From the IMG/VR virus record IMGVR_UViG_3300037140_000076, positions 48,375-112,374 of that record: a DNA stretch of 64,000 nt. One strand, written 5' to 3'. The notes beneath the pieces are model-generated. The model saw only the letters and a program-made list of their open reading frames with translations. It had not been told where the DNA came from and did no database searches. The stretch is from a virus. The position numbers and the translations under genes were made by a program. This document shows, piece after piece, positions 11,367 to 22,310 of this stretch. The number at the start of each line of letters is the position of its first letter. Position 1 is the stretch's first letter.

Positions 11367-11918
11367 TTATGCTGCTTTTTTTACTGGATATTCAGAATCG
11401 TTTTCTAACAGTTTATCCTTAGCAAAATCAAATGTATAACCTGTTTTATCCTTAGCGGTATAATAAGCATATCCTTTCAACTTCTGATCTACTGGAATGT
11501 TATAGGTGTCCTTAAGGAGATTACGAAGCACTCTTTTTATGTTAAGGTTTTCGATTGGAGTCTCAGTTGTTAATTCTAGCTCCTCTACGTGACTTCCTTT
11601 TCCAAGATTAATGGTGATCGTATAAATAAGTTTCAATTTGCTTCTTTTCTTAACGTGGAACTTTCCTTTGATCTTTTTATAGTCAAGATATTTGTAGAAC
11701 ATGTCTCCCAGGTGGAATGAAGGTTTCCTTATCTTCTTTGAAGCTATAGGGGTAGCAGGTGCCACAGCGGGTAATTCCGTTTCTTCTAAAGTAAATTCAT
11801 GATCTACTTTCATATCAAGATCAGTTTTTACTTTTAACTTTTCCATCAATTCTTTTACTTCATCCTCTGTACTAATGTTCTGTTTTGTTCTTGACATATT
11901 GATAGTTTTTAATTTCAA
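11367..11918 (-). CDS. hypothetical basic protein
   Basis: ORF track. Confidence 0.55.
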   Translation of the reverse strand: MKLKTINMSRTKQNISTEDEVKELMEKLKVKTDLDMKVDHEFTLEETELPAVAPATPIASKKIRKPSFHLGDMFYKYLDYKKIKGKFHVKKRSKLKLIYTITINLGKGSHVEELELTTETPIENLNIKRVLRNLLKDTYNIPVDQKLKGYAYYTAKDKTGYTFDFAKDKLLENDSEYPVKKAA

Positions 11919-11948
11919 AAAAAAGGCCCAATATAGAAATACCGGGCC
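11916..11948 (-). terminator. intrinsic terminator after tmRNA
   Basis: GGCCC/GGGCC hairpin followed by a U-run on the minus strand. Confidence 0.6.
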
Positions 11949-11973
11949 AATACTTATTTCTAAGGTTTGTCAG

Positions 11974-12331
11974 TGGACTAGTCGGAATTCGAATCCGAGT
12001 CTTCAATACAAAAAATCTTACTTTTCTTTATAGGTTTAGGATAACGATTTAATCTTACTACCGTTCCAAAAGAATTTTCCTACCCTCCACCACTCGGTTT
12101 AGGTCCGAGAACCATGCTACACCAGCCATTTTCTGTTTCAAGGTATGACTACCCATGCATCAAGCTAATTCCAGTTCTTCACTGAAAACCGAAGCGAGTA
12201 TCGCTTCTCCTTCTGCAATACGTTCAGCTTTAGACTTTACGTTTGTTTGTTGCATATTTATTAAGGATGTTATATACTGCATCCACCTAAAATAAAACCT
12301 TTCAATACTGAATCAATAGCCTTTCTAGCCC
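11974..12331 (-). ncRNA. ssrA: tmRNA
   Basis: 5' GGGCUAG pairs with 3' CUAGUCC-A, including the G3:U70 Ala identity pair; T-arm UUCGAAU near the 3' end; 358 nt; internal ORF 12255-12160 MQQTNVKSKAERIAEGEAILASVFSEELELA*. Confidence 0.9.
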
Positions 12332-12338
12332 ATAAATT

Positions 12339-12526
12339 AAAATAGTAGAGAGTCAAAGAGGTACGGATACGTGAAGACTATATTTCCCAATCTTTATAGT
12401 TATTTCCCGTTGCAACAGTAATAACACCTCCAGTTTGTCGGAAGCTTTTTTGATTGGTACATCTCGGACACCGTTTCGACCACGCCCATGATCAGTGGGT
12501 TTGTGCGGTTCTTCATCTACTATTTT
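12339..12526 (-). ncRNA. unknown ~190-nt structured RNA
   Basis: 11-bp terminal helix AAAAUAGUAGA/UCUACUAUUUU; no ORF; lies between the tRNA-like gene and tmRNA. Confidence 0.5.
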
Positions 12527-12687
12527 AAAAAAGTTAAAAAATAAGTCCCTTTCCCTTCACTATCCCAGGGTGGTTAATAAGGACTTATTTTTACGTACGC
12601 TGTTTTAGGCTACAGATACCTCATACGTAACCATTGCCGTTAGAATATAGACCGATTTATGATACTATACAACGGTTGGATTTTTCG

Positions 12688-12756
12688 AACATCCAAGAGG
12701 AATCGAACCCCTGCTTCACCCTACACGGGTGCGTCCTCCCACTAGACCATAGATGT
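12688..12756 (-). tRNA. tRNA-like RNA with a 5-nt anticodon loop (pseudo/decoy tRNA)
   Basis: Acceptor ACAUCUA/UGGAUGU, D arm, CACCC-GUGUA-GGGUG, T arm AGGGG-UUCGAUU-CCUCU. Confidence 0.65.
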
Positions 12757-12806
12757 TGCCATAAACACGTTATTCGGAACACAAAGATAAGTAACTTTTT
12801 TGAAAC

Positions 12807-13346
12807 TTACAAATATTTAAATTTATATCCAAATGCGTGTTTTTCAAGACCATTTAAAACATGCCAAATAGTTGATTGTCTTATTTTTAATTGTCTTGAA
12901 GCTTCCCTTTGAGAAATAAATTTTATTTTTTTGTTTTTAGGAGATATAACTAAAATCTTAGTTGGTTTATTTCCCATGACTTTTTTCAATATATCCCTTG
13001 CATGTTGTATATTTTGTTGCCTTGTACACCATTCAAGCTGAGAGGCCCGGTTATCAAGTTTATTTCCTTTCTTATGATTTATATCAAATCCTTTTTTATA
13101 TCCTTTTACAAAATGTTTTCCAACTAATATATGAACCTGGATTTTAGTAGATTTTCCATTTTTGGTTAAATCTAATTGTAAGTATCCTTTAGCATTTGGA
13201 GAAAGAATTCTATTTCTTCCCTTAAATTTTTGTAAAATTCCATGTTTGGTTTTTATTATTCTATCAAGAGATTTAATATTACCATAATTACTTATTTGAT
13301 AATAACCTTTGTATCCTTTTATATCTTTCCATTCTTTTTTCCTCAT
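12807..13346 (-). CDS. NUMOD4-HNH homing endonuclease
   Basis: EWKDIKGYKGYYQISNYG; INHKKGNKLDNRASQLEW. Confidence 0.9.
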   Translation of the reverse strand: MRKKEWKDIKGYKGYYQISNYGNIKSLDRIIKTKHGILQKFKGRNRILSPNAKGYLQLDLTKNGKSTKIQVHILVGKHFVKGYKKGFDINHKKGNKLDNRASQLEWCTRQQNIQHARDILKKVMGNKPTKILVISPKNKKIKFISQREASRQLKIRQSTIWHVLNGLEKHAFGYKFKYL

Positions 13347-13873
13347 AGTTCAGATAATATTATTTTTTGCTCATCAAGATGAAATTTACCAAAGTGTTGT
13401 TTTACACATGCTTGATAAATTATTTCTGATTTAAGAACTTTAGTATACATAATCCAATCTGCACTTGTTCCTGTTAAATAATCTTTACTTAATCCAATCT
13501 GTTCATAATAAGCTTTGACTTCATCTTCTACAGTAAATTCAAACTTATAACGAGCATGAATATAATCATGGATTGCGCGAAACATTAGATTATAAACTGG
13601 ACCCCAAAGTTCACTATCATTTCCTGATACATTAACCTTAATTCTTCCTTTATTAAAGTCAGGAAGAACTTCCTGAATTGATTCATAGTTATAAGGATCA
13701 TCCTTAGTAAAGTCAAAATGAACAGTATGACTTAATGAATCAAACATTTTACAAATCAAAGTTCTGAATTGAATTCTTTGAAATTCACTTATAATATTAA
13801 TTTCATTATCAGCAGTTACGTATCCTTCTGCAATTCTTTTAATTGCGTTAGGTCTTAAGAAATAATTATCCAT
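13343..13873 (-). CDS. hypothetical protein (FRAIHD motif)
   Basis: 176-aa ORF. Confidence 0.6.
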   Translation of the reverse strand: MDNYFLRPNAIKRIAEGYVTADNEINIISEFQRIQFRTLICKMFDSLSHTVHFDFTKDDPYNYESIQEVLPDFNKGRIKVNVSGNDSELWGPVYNLMFRAIHDYIHARYKFEFTVEDEVKAYYEQIGLSKDYLTGTSADWIMYTKVLKSEIIYQACVKQHFGKFHLDEQKIILSEL

Positions 13874-13878
13874 ATAAA

Positions 13879-14352
13879 TTAATTTTTAACTCCGCTATCA
13901 ATTGCTGAATCACAAATCCAAGCCCAATCGGTTGAATTTTTGTAACCCATTAATATGATAGTAGAAAAATTTTCTTTTATCTGATCCTTTATTCTAAAAT
14001 ATTCAGTCTTGTCATAAGTTTTAGAGGTTCCAACGTCTGTACTACAATAAACATATAGGTAATAAGCAAAACCATTATCCTCATTAACTTTGTTTTCAGC
14101 ATAAACCGTAAAGGTTGTTACACCTGTATAGTTATCCTTTGAATCAAATTTTGCATAAACATTAGTTGCTGTGTTTCCTGTCTTGTAAAAATAGAAAGTA
14201 GCGTTTGTTTGTTCCCATACATTACTCCAGTTTGCATCTGAATCATCTTTGTGACAGATTTTACTAGCGTGAAGGGTGGTGGTGAGAGATTGAGATTTAA
14301 CTCCTGTGATTGCGATCATAATGATGGCAATTAGTAACATGATCTTTTTCAT
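13879..14352 (-). CDS. secreted/periplasmic protein
   Basis: Bacteroidota-type signal peptide MKKIMLLIAI...VKS-Q. Confidence 0.6.
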   Translation of the reverse strand: MKKIMLLIAIIMIAITGVKSQSLTTTLHASKICHKDDSDANWSNVWEQTNATFYFYKTGNTATNVYAKFDSKDNYTGVTTFTVYAENKVNEDNGFAYYLYVYCSTDVGTSKTYDKTEYFRIKDQIKENFSTIILMGYKNSTDWAWICDSAIDSGVKN

Positions 14353-14480
14353 TTGTGTTTGTTGTTTGTTTTTAATTTAAAATAATGCATAACCTATTAA
14401 AGCAATAGCTTCTAATAATAAAAATAATCCAATTGTAAGGAATGGATGCCTCTGCCAAAAACTGTATGGATTCCTCATAA

Positions 14481-15389
14481 TCAATTATTTATGTATACTT
14501 GAATGTATTGAAAGTAATTAATAGTTCCATCCTTATCAACTTCTTTGAGCCTAAAGATACCACTTTTTGCGTTAATGTCAAGGGATGCCTTTTGTTCGGT
14601 CTTGGTACAGGATATAGTTCCCAGGGTGAAGACCAGCATTGTAACCATTGACATGAATACTTTCCTATTCTTTCCCAAGGATAGCAGTAACCCGATAATG
14701 AACAGAATCACAAGACCCGAAGCGATCCCGGCCTGTAGTGATCCGTTAACGTTCCCAGTGGCATAGTAGACTGTTGAGGTATACGTACGCTGTATCTGTG
14801 TATCTCCATAAGAGTCATAATGGGCAACCATCCTTTCACTATTATCCGGCATTAGCTGCCAAACTTCATAGTAGCTTACATTCTGCTCCATACTCAAGGT
14901 CCAATCAAATTCAATCTTGTCTGGTGCCTGATACTTGCCAGTAAAACTTAATAGATTGATCGGGAGGGCCAAGCATTGATCCAACAATGTCTTGTAACTA
15001 TATGTCCCGCTCAACCATGTAGGATTCCCAGGCCAGTTATCATTCTCCGTCCCGTATAGATTAGTGATGTAGGAGGGAACGTTAATCTTAAATTCTGCGT
15101 CTCCAATTGCACCAACCGAATCATTCTTACCAGAGGAAGTCTTTTTGCTAAGATCAATTGTAACACTCCAAACGACAGGGTTATTAACCGTTATCGTTGC
15201 ACTACCGTTCTTTGTAGCATAAACGTATCCCTTTAGATTCTTAGTACCTACAGTCCAATCATCCATTTCAATTGTAACTGTTTTGTTTGCCGAACAGTAT
15301 GCAAAGGGAACAATGTAATGGGCTTCTGCTTTGTAGCCGATTAGGGTAGTCAATAGAATTAGAATGACCCCTAAGATTAATTTTTTCAT
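14481..15389 (-). CDS. membrane protein with T9SS-substrate-like Ig domain
   Basis: Signal peptide; LPINLLSFTG...W...EQNVSYYEV...FRLKEVDKDG..Y, split by two hydrophobic helices. Confidence 0.6.
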   Translation of the reverse strand: MKKLILGVILILLTTLIGYKAEAHYIVPFAYCSANKTVTIEMDDWTVGTKNLKGYVYATKNGSATITVNNPVVWSVTIDLSKKTSSGKNDSVGAIGDAEFKINVPSYITNLYGTENDNWPGNPTWLSGTYSYKTLLDQCLALPINLLSFTGKYQAPDKIEFDWTLSMEQNVSYYEVWQLMPDNSERMVAHYDSYGDTQIQRTYTSTVYYATGNVNGSLQAGIASGLVILFIIGLLLSLGKNRKVFMSMVTMLVFTLGTISCTKTEQKASLDINAKSGIFRLKEVDKDGTINYFQYIQVYINN

Positions 15390-15408
15390 TTGTGTTTTTT
15401 AAAGTGAA

Positions 15409-15588
15409 TTAATAACCGATGAAGTGAACATTCTCAGGACAGCCCATCTTACGGACTTTAATGTAGTCGTGACCTTTTGTTTCGAACTTTACGTTGGGAT
15501 CATGTTTAACGACAACACATGATGAGAAGGAAAATGATACTGAAAAGAGAAGTACCAATATCCACGCTGTAATAATTACCTTTTTCAT
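15409..15588 (-). CDS. small putative lipoprotein (59 aa)
   Basis: Manual translation MKKVIITAWILVLLFSVSFSFSSC...; below the ORF track cutoff. Confidence 0.5.
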   Translation of the reverse strand: MKKVIITAWILVLLFSVSFSFSSCVVVKHDPNVKFETKGHDYIKVRKMGCPENVHFIGY

Positions 15589-15605
15589 TTTGTTTGTTTT
15601 TATGT

Positions 15606-15902
15606 TTAAAAGTTTTTACTGTTTTCATCCCCTTCCTTAGCAGGAAGAACATTTTGGAAATTGAATATACTGGTTGAATATTCCGGCTCCTTAACTTTAA
15701 TACTCCTTTCTACAAAGGAAAGATCATACCCTAACACATTAATGACAGATATAAGAACCTCTATACTATAGTTTTTACGATCCTTCTCCATCTCTAATAT
15801 CCTACGATAGCCCACGCCAGCCCTGTCAGCCAGATCATATTGAGATAGTTTCTGCTCAATTCGTTTTTCACGAATGAAGGAGCCGATGTTTGTTTTGTTC
15901 AT
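15606..15902 (-). CDS. XRE/Cro-C1 HTH regulator
   Basis: IREKRIEQKLSQYDLADRAGVGYRRILEMEK. Confidence 0.85.
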   Translation of the reverse strand: MNKTNIGSFIREKRIEQKLSQYDLADRAGVGYRRILEMEKDRKNYSIEVLISVINVLGYDLSFVERSIKVKEPEYSTSIFNFQNVLPAKEGDENSKNF

Positions 15903-16148
15903 AAAAATGTATTAGCATATTTGATTTGCTCCCTACGATTTGCAATCTGGGCATAGACCGTATTCTTTTCAATCGGTGACTTGCTTTGTAACTGCTGATT
16001 AAGTTCTATTATTGTTTCTTCCAAATCCGATATGAGGGAATGAGCCTTTTTCTTATTTAATATAACATTGTGTTTAATGAAATAAAGAAAATGCTTCTCA
16101 TCTTCTTCACTTAAAAATTCTGCTTCAATCATAAAATTGATTTAGTTG

Positions 16149-17042
16149 TTATACCAAATATTTTTTTGAATATTCGAAACGTTCCTTAAGATTTTTAACT
16201 TTACCTTGTGCTACCAATCTATTATAATCAAACTCTAATTGCTTACAAGCCTCTTTCAATTCATTAACAGCATAATCCGCTGTATATGATTTTTTATTTT
16301 TTCGATGAACAATTATTGTTTTTCCTTTGTTAGTTATATCCCATATCCAATTTAAAAGATGCAGAGCAAAGTCTACATGTAATTCCATTTCTTTTACTGT
16401 CTTAGGCATTACAAAAAATCTCAATTCAATTCTTCGAATATCATTATATAGGTGAGAATTAAGAGAATTAAGAGTCCTCCAAGAATAAAAATCTTCTAAA
16501 GTATCACCATCACTGTCCCTTAATGTCATAAAATCTCCCTTGCATAATAATAATGGATCAGACATAGAAATAACAGAACTTTTATTATCTGTTGGTGCAA
16601 GAAAAGCCCATACTATAGAAGGATTTCTAATAATAAAATTCCTAAGATTATAAAAAAAGGTTTCAATAAGAATTTGATTCTTAATTCTAGGCATAGTTAC
16701 ATTCAAATGACATCCTCCTTCCGTCTCCATATCAATACAGGATGAAGGAACAAATTGAAAGTTATTGCGTAAATAATTAATCATCTTTTCATAATCAATT
16801 AAGAAGTTTCTTTTATATGAATAGATGGTAGAAGGAATTTCTAAATGACCTCCATCCTCATAGGCTTTACGAAACCACGGATGATCATATCTGAATTTCG
16901 TTTTCAACTTATTCTCTAACCAGTCTACTGCATCACATATAACATAAGATTCTGAATGATTATAGAAAAAAGGAAGATTAAAGTTTTTTGCATTAGCACT
17001 GAATGTTGGTTCAACAGCAAATTTTTTGAATACCTTTTTCAT
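16149..17042 (-). CDS. amidoligase-like (COOH-NH2 ligase type 2) protein
   Basis: GGHLEIPS, GGCHLNV, RRIELRFF. Confidence 0.65.
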   Translation of the reverse strand: MKKVFKKFAVEPTFSANAKNFNLPFFYNHSESYVICDAVDWLENKLKTKFRYDHPWFRKAYEDGGHLEIPSTIYSYKRNFLIDYEKMINYLRNNFQFVPSSCIDMETEGGCHLNVTMPRIKNQILIETFFYNLRNFIIRNPSIVWAFLAPTDNKSSVISMSDPLLLCKGDFMTLRDSDGDTLEDFYSWRTLNSLNSHLYNDIRRIELRFFVMPKTVKEMELHVDFALHLLNWIWDITNKGKTIIVHRKNKKSYTADYAVNELKEACKQLEFDYNRLVAQGKVKNLKERFEYSKKYLV

Positions 17043-17053
17043 AATGGATAACT

Positions 17054-19126
17054 TTATTTACCATTAATAAATCCTGTTGCTTTCTGAAAACCATTAAGAT
17101 CAACTTTGTGAAAAATTCCATCCACTTTAAAGCCATCCAATATAATGGAAGCCTTTGCACCTGCTTGTTTACGAAGTGTATTAACTGCTTCTTGATCTAT
17201 TGCTTTAACTTCAAAAAACTCAGTATAAGTTCCTGTCTTATCTGTTGTTCTTACTTTGAAAACCGTTGTAACTTCCATGATTGTATATTTATAAATACAT
17301 GCATCCCGCATGTTAGGATTTTTTTAAAAATCTGCCAAGGAAAATAATTAGTTCTATTGCACTTTCTTCATTGACTGCTATCCATTTTGTATCATTTCCA
17401 CCACTATCAATCCCTCTTATTTTTATAGCGTAACCATAATCCGGGGAGGGATTAAGATATTCAATTTGTTCCTTATAATAGTTATAGGGAACCTTTTCTT
17501 TAGTGTTAGTGTTCATTTCGTTGGCGTTTTAAAGATTCTGTAAAAGATATATAGTCCTAATCCTATAAATGCAATCCCTAGCCATGTTATCCTATCTAAA
17601 ATATAGATGCCTATCATGATTGATCCCATAGCTGAAAGTAGTGTGAACTTTTCCATTGTAGTTATTAATATGGGTAAAGATAAACAATAGTAATGTCTCT
17701 TTTCTTCGCACAATCGTAGATGGCAATCTGTTCGTTGTCGAACCCTCTACTATATGCCTCTTCAAACTCTTTAACGTTATACACAACGTCTATATATAAT
17801 TCGTTGTCATGTTTCCAACAACCTACAAAGGCATTTTCATTATCAACCAGAACATCAAAGGTATTACGATCAAATAGAAACACCCTAACATAATTTTTAA
17901 ATTCTTCAAATGTTGCAGGGATAGAAAACTTTTGTTCGTGTCCTTTAGTGGCAACCATATATCCGGTTGTTGGGTTAAGTTCTCCGGTATTAACGTTGTA
18001 AGACGCACCACCGGAATTCTTAAGACTTTCCCACAGGTGTTTAAAATTCATTGTAGTATTATTTATTTATGTCCGAAAATATTGTTAATGCATCTATTAA
18101 ACTAAGTTCATCAAGTACATAGGAATTGTTACGGCCTAATAGGTGTACTCTGAATGCGTCTACACCTGTTACCTTCCTTCCGTTGGTGTCCTCCCATATC
18201 TTATAAGAAAACATAACCTTGCCTTTTAATTCTCTTTTAATTGAATGTACAATGTTTTGCCTTAATTCTTCCTTGTCCGAAAATGGATCATTGTATTCTA
18301 AAAATGCTTGTTCGGGGGACATTTGCTTTAACATAGATTCAATTTAGAATGTGAAATGCAATGGCTTTTCAAGTCCCACACGATTTGCAGTAGTGTTAAG
18401 GAACTTGTTTGCCTTCTTACCATATTCCAGTTGCCTATCTTCCTTATTACGTATCTTCAATGTAAGAAGCAAGTCCTTTTCTTCCTTAGTCTTTTTAAAG
18501 ATATTAAAATCAATGTCGTAAAAGACTCCGGGCGCGGCCATATACCCATTTTGAATTGCTGGAACTACTTTAAAGACCCCGTTAATAAATCCGCTTTGCT
18601 CAATTTTTGTGTTAGTTCTAATTGCTTGCATGTGTTTATTTTAATAATTAAGACAATATTTTTATGCTGATTCAAAGATACCTTCCCCATTAGAGAAGGA
18701 CCCTATCTTCTTAAGCGAATTTTTTCCAAATGCTTCGTTTATTTTTTTGTTGATCTTAGGCCATACTTGATTAATCCAATGCCTTGCCAAATTTTCATTA
18801 ACGAAATACATCTCACTAACTCTAATTGATACAGAGACTAATCCGCAATATTCAGATAGTCCTATTTCCGCATGATTATTTTCAAGTATAATATTAACTT
18901 CTCCTCCTTCACATCTTTTTGATTTATCAAGGGATGGACAAATATCTTGAATAATTTCAATTATATAATCTTCAAAATCGTCCCAAAGTTCCTTTAAAAT
19001 ATAATAATCCGTTGTCTCTACTTCAATTTCCTTGCCCTCTTCATCCTCTACTAAACTCATTACAGGTTCCATACTAATGTATGCAACATAAGAGGCATGG
19101 TTTAAATAATCTACTGAACGTCCCAT
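17054..19126 (-). CDS. cluster of small hypothetical early genes (17054-17311, 17313-17516, 17665-18051, 18059-18334, 18344-18631, 18662-19126)
   Basis: Closely packed co-directional ORFs with AT-rich leaders. Confidence 0.55.
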
Positions 19127-19144
19127 AAAATTAATTTAGTGTTA

Positions 19145-19846
19145 TTAAAAAGGATTTTCGTTTGTAAAAGGTTTCCATTCTGTTGTTGTGTCGTGTTTCT
19201 TTAAGTCTCTTATCCTGCGATATGTTACCCATGTTATGGCCTGTAATTGGTGCGGTAATATGTCTAACTGTTTTGCAGCCTGTATAAAGCAATGTTGAAA
19301 GAAGTCATATTGCGCCCTTGTTAATTTCCCAGACTTTACACTTAAAGCATAAACGTTATCAGGGTTCTGTATACAACATGCTATAGCATGTCTGTCTATT
19401 GTTACGTCCGTAATTATATCAGGATTAATCATATTAAGGAAAAACCCCTTAGTTTTAAATCCTGCATTCGCAATTGAAAGGGCATTATAAATATCCGGTT
19501 CCGCACTCAAGTTAAGAATTCTCTTAGCTTTGTTCGTTTGAACTAGGGATTTAATACGTCTGGTTGGATTATAAAGGAATGACAAGGCAAAGCGTTTATT
19601 TTCGACCCAACCGGTTTGGGGGCTGAATGCTGCAATGATTCCCGCAGCCTGTTGCAAGCTTATGCCGAACCTTGCAGCAAGTTCCCTGCAATACTTGTTA
19701 GCTTCATTATACCAGCTTAAACCGTCCCGTAATTCGCTTAGGGAGGCAAGTTCATAGAACCGAAGGATCGAATTGATACACTTCTTTTCTGTCAACAATT
19801 CGCCTTTAAATTTTTGCTTCATAACATGAATTTTAAAGGTTAGCAA
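19145..19846 (-). CDS. phage HhH/glycosylase-like protein (DUF7178-like)
   Basis: GLSWY..A, IIAAFSPQTGW..N, KT..F, VTIDRHA, LQAITW. Confidence 0.6.
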   Translation of the reverse strand: MLTFKIHVMKQKFKGELLTEKKCINSILRFYELASLSELRDGLSWYNEANKYCRELAARFGISLQQAAGIIAAFSPQTGWVENKRFALSFLYNPTRRIKSLVQTNKAKRILNLSAEPDIYNALSIANAGFKTKGFFLNMINPDIITDVTIDRHAIACCIQNPDNVYALSVKSGKLTRAQYDFFQHCFIQAAKQLDILPHQLQAITWVTYRRIRDLKKHDTTTEWKPFTNENPF

Positions 19847-21477
19847 TATTGCCTCTTATTGTAAAAATAAACTCTTCATCTTCATTAAGAGAATCTGTAA
19901 TTCCTTCCCAGTCTATATTTTCCTCAATGTCCCCTATAAAAGCAGTATAATAGTTTTCTGCTGCAATTTTTTTGTACTTGTCAACAAGTTCACTGAACTT
20001 GTATAATTTAATTCTTACGGTTTTCATTTTATTTTTACGCCTGTTATAGTCTGCGCCTGACTTTTATTTAAAAATTGGTTGTATGGTTATTAATCTAACT
20101 TGAAAGTAATACTTGCCTCAATATCATGGCCTGAAGGAAGTTTGTGATATTCTTTGTGTAATGACATAAAAGTTTGTTTATAGTTAATTGATTGCATTTG
20201 CGTTCAGTCAGTAATTGATTTTTAAACCTTTGTTTTTTCATTGAAGATTTGTTTTGCCCATTGGTTGAAGTCTCCATAATCGTCTGGTACTTCAATATGG
20301 TGGATTGTTTTGTTTGGCTTAATACCCTTTGGTTGCAGATAGGGATCATAACCAAACAATCTAATTAGGATTAACCGAATAGTTTTCTTTACCATAAAAT
20401 TATTTTAGGGGATTAAATGTAGTTGAAATAAATATCCATTCTGTTTTCCCTTCGCCCTTGCCTATAATTTCAAAGCCTTTTTTCTGCAACCACATCTTTG
20501 CATTTTCCCATACGGAATAATCCCAATCATGATTTATAGTTATAGATTCACGAAATCGGAATGAAGATATTTTAATCCTTTCCCCACGCGAATTAGATTC
20601 AGGAATATATTTTGCTGTGATAAGATGGAAATTAGGAAGGGAGAGGGCCTTCATATCTTTTAAATTCATGATTTTTTATTTAATTGAATGATGTGAAATA
20701 TAATGAAGGCAATGATGTTTACCATATTGAGGTAAAGGAAAGAAAAAAGTGCAAGTGAAGTAAGCTATTAAGAAACCCATTACAGCCCCTATCAATATAA
20801 CAGAGACATCTAGTAATATTCTTTTAATCATTTCAATTTTGTTTTAAGTGAATCTAATTCCAGCCTTGTAAGATAATCTAATCCTACTGTATCTTTGTCT
20901 TGAACAAAAATAACAGAGGTATACCCTCTATTATCTGTGATTTGTTTTATTATCTTGTTTGGGTTAATGTTTGTTTTTATACCAGTTAAGATCAACATTA
21001 GTGAAATAATTGGTGTAAGCAAAGCAAAAAGTAAGATTGATTCGTCTCTGTAAGTTTGTTTCATGGGATTGATTTTAATTATCCGTAAATTATTTCATTC
21101 ATAACTGCTAATTGAAACCATGCATCCGCTGTGCTTGCATCATAATTTTGCTGTAATATTTCTGCAAGATCATAGGCATATTTTTCACTCATTGTTTGTT
21201 CTCCCTGTTCTATAGAATTCATAGATAATTTACCAATTTCTTCGCTTGTTTCAATATCGTGAACGGGAATTTCAAGTCCTGCTTTTAATGCACTCCAAAG
21301 TTTCCAAACAAAAGTACCATCAAAACAAGATTCCTTTGTTGTAGGTAATTCGGGAACACTGTTAATTAAATTACCTGCATGTTCTTCGAACATATACCAA
21401 TAATTTGAACCTCCTTCAATGGCTGAAGTTAATAGATTAGTACGTTGTTCGTCTGTTAGATTGATTGTGATAGGCAT
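19833..21477 (-). CDS. cluster of small hypothetical early genes (19833-20027, 20400-20669, 20828-21064, 21079-21477)
   Basis: ORF track. Confidence 0.5.
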
Positions 21478-21499
21478 AAGATATAATTTAGATAATTGA

Positions 21500-21537
21500 A
21501 TAAAAAGAAAAGGGAGAATGTAGAAACATTCCCCCTG
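21500..21537 (-). terminator. intrinsic terminator closing the large ncRNA
   Basis: Minus strand reads AGGGGAAUG-UUUCUA-CAUUCUCCCU followed by UUUCUUUUU. Confidence 0.65.
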
Positions 21538-22310
21538 CTAAGAAACCCATTGAAAACTAAAAGAATGACCGTCCGTAATAAGATAAAGCAAAGGTACTTG
21601 TTATTGGTTATAGTGTTGAAACATTAGGCGAAGGCTTATAGCTTCAGCGTCCTTGCGATTTGTTAAACTAGTTAACTCTGTGTCCTTAAAGGTAAGGTTA
21701 CCTTTGCTTTAAAGGTCTGGAAGGTAGCAATTGAGCTACTACACTTGTTAAGGTGTAAGATTCTGAATTACTCCCAGACACACTATTCCCGAAGGAATAG
21801 ATTTAAAGATCTTTAATTTTTCACGCCCTTTTAAACTTCGGAATAACATAGTATTCTTACTAGGTCAGCGATTAGTTAACGCTTACTACTTTCCTGCAAC
21901 CTGTAAAAACTCTATGTCGTTTTCACTATCTAATTGCCCGGATTTTATTCACGTTCAAACATTAACCCGAATGCATCCTATGCATTCATAAGGGTGAAAG
22001 GGAAATAAAATCTTTGGTTCGTCCCTTCCTTCGCTCCATTGCCGATTGTCGCACCTATTCGGGCATCCAATTTTCAGGCAATTCAATACAGGTACCGACC
22101 TGCTAACGTGTGGTTACTATCAGATTCACCACGCTAATCCGTTCCGTTCGTTCTAAAAATACGGTTCTCAGGCCGTTAACTACTTCACCATATACTCAAT
22201 TACTGACTTAACAAGGTCAGATGAGAACATGGCCGGAATAATGATAAGAATTTAGCGAACACACGATTCCCAGGATGGGAAGTGGGCATCAATACCCTCA
22301 ACTCATTCGC
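21500..22310 (-). ncRNA. large (~800 nt) structured ncRNA candidate
   Basis: No ORF >=60 aa; nested long-range helices; cUUCGg tetraloop; G:U pairs only on the minus strand; promoter-like element upstream and terminator downstream. Confidence 0.65.

Noticed and set aside
12460-12500. Hammerhead ribozyme (CTGA...CGAAAC on the minus strand)
   Set aside because: The core reads CUGAUCA rather than CUGANGA and is sequestered in a CCCA/UGGG hairpin.
12339-12526. RNase P RNA
   Set aside because: No GAGGAAAGUCC or ACAGAA..CGGCUUA P4 signatures.
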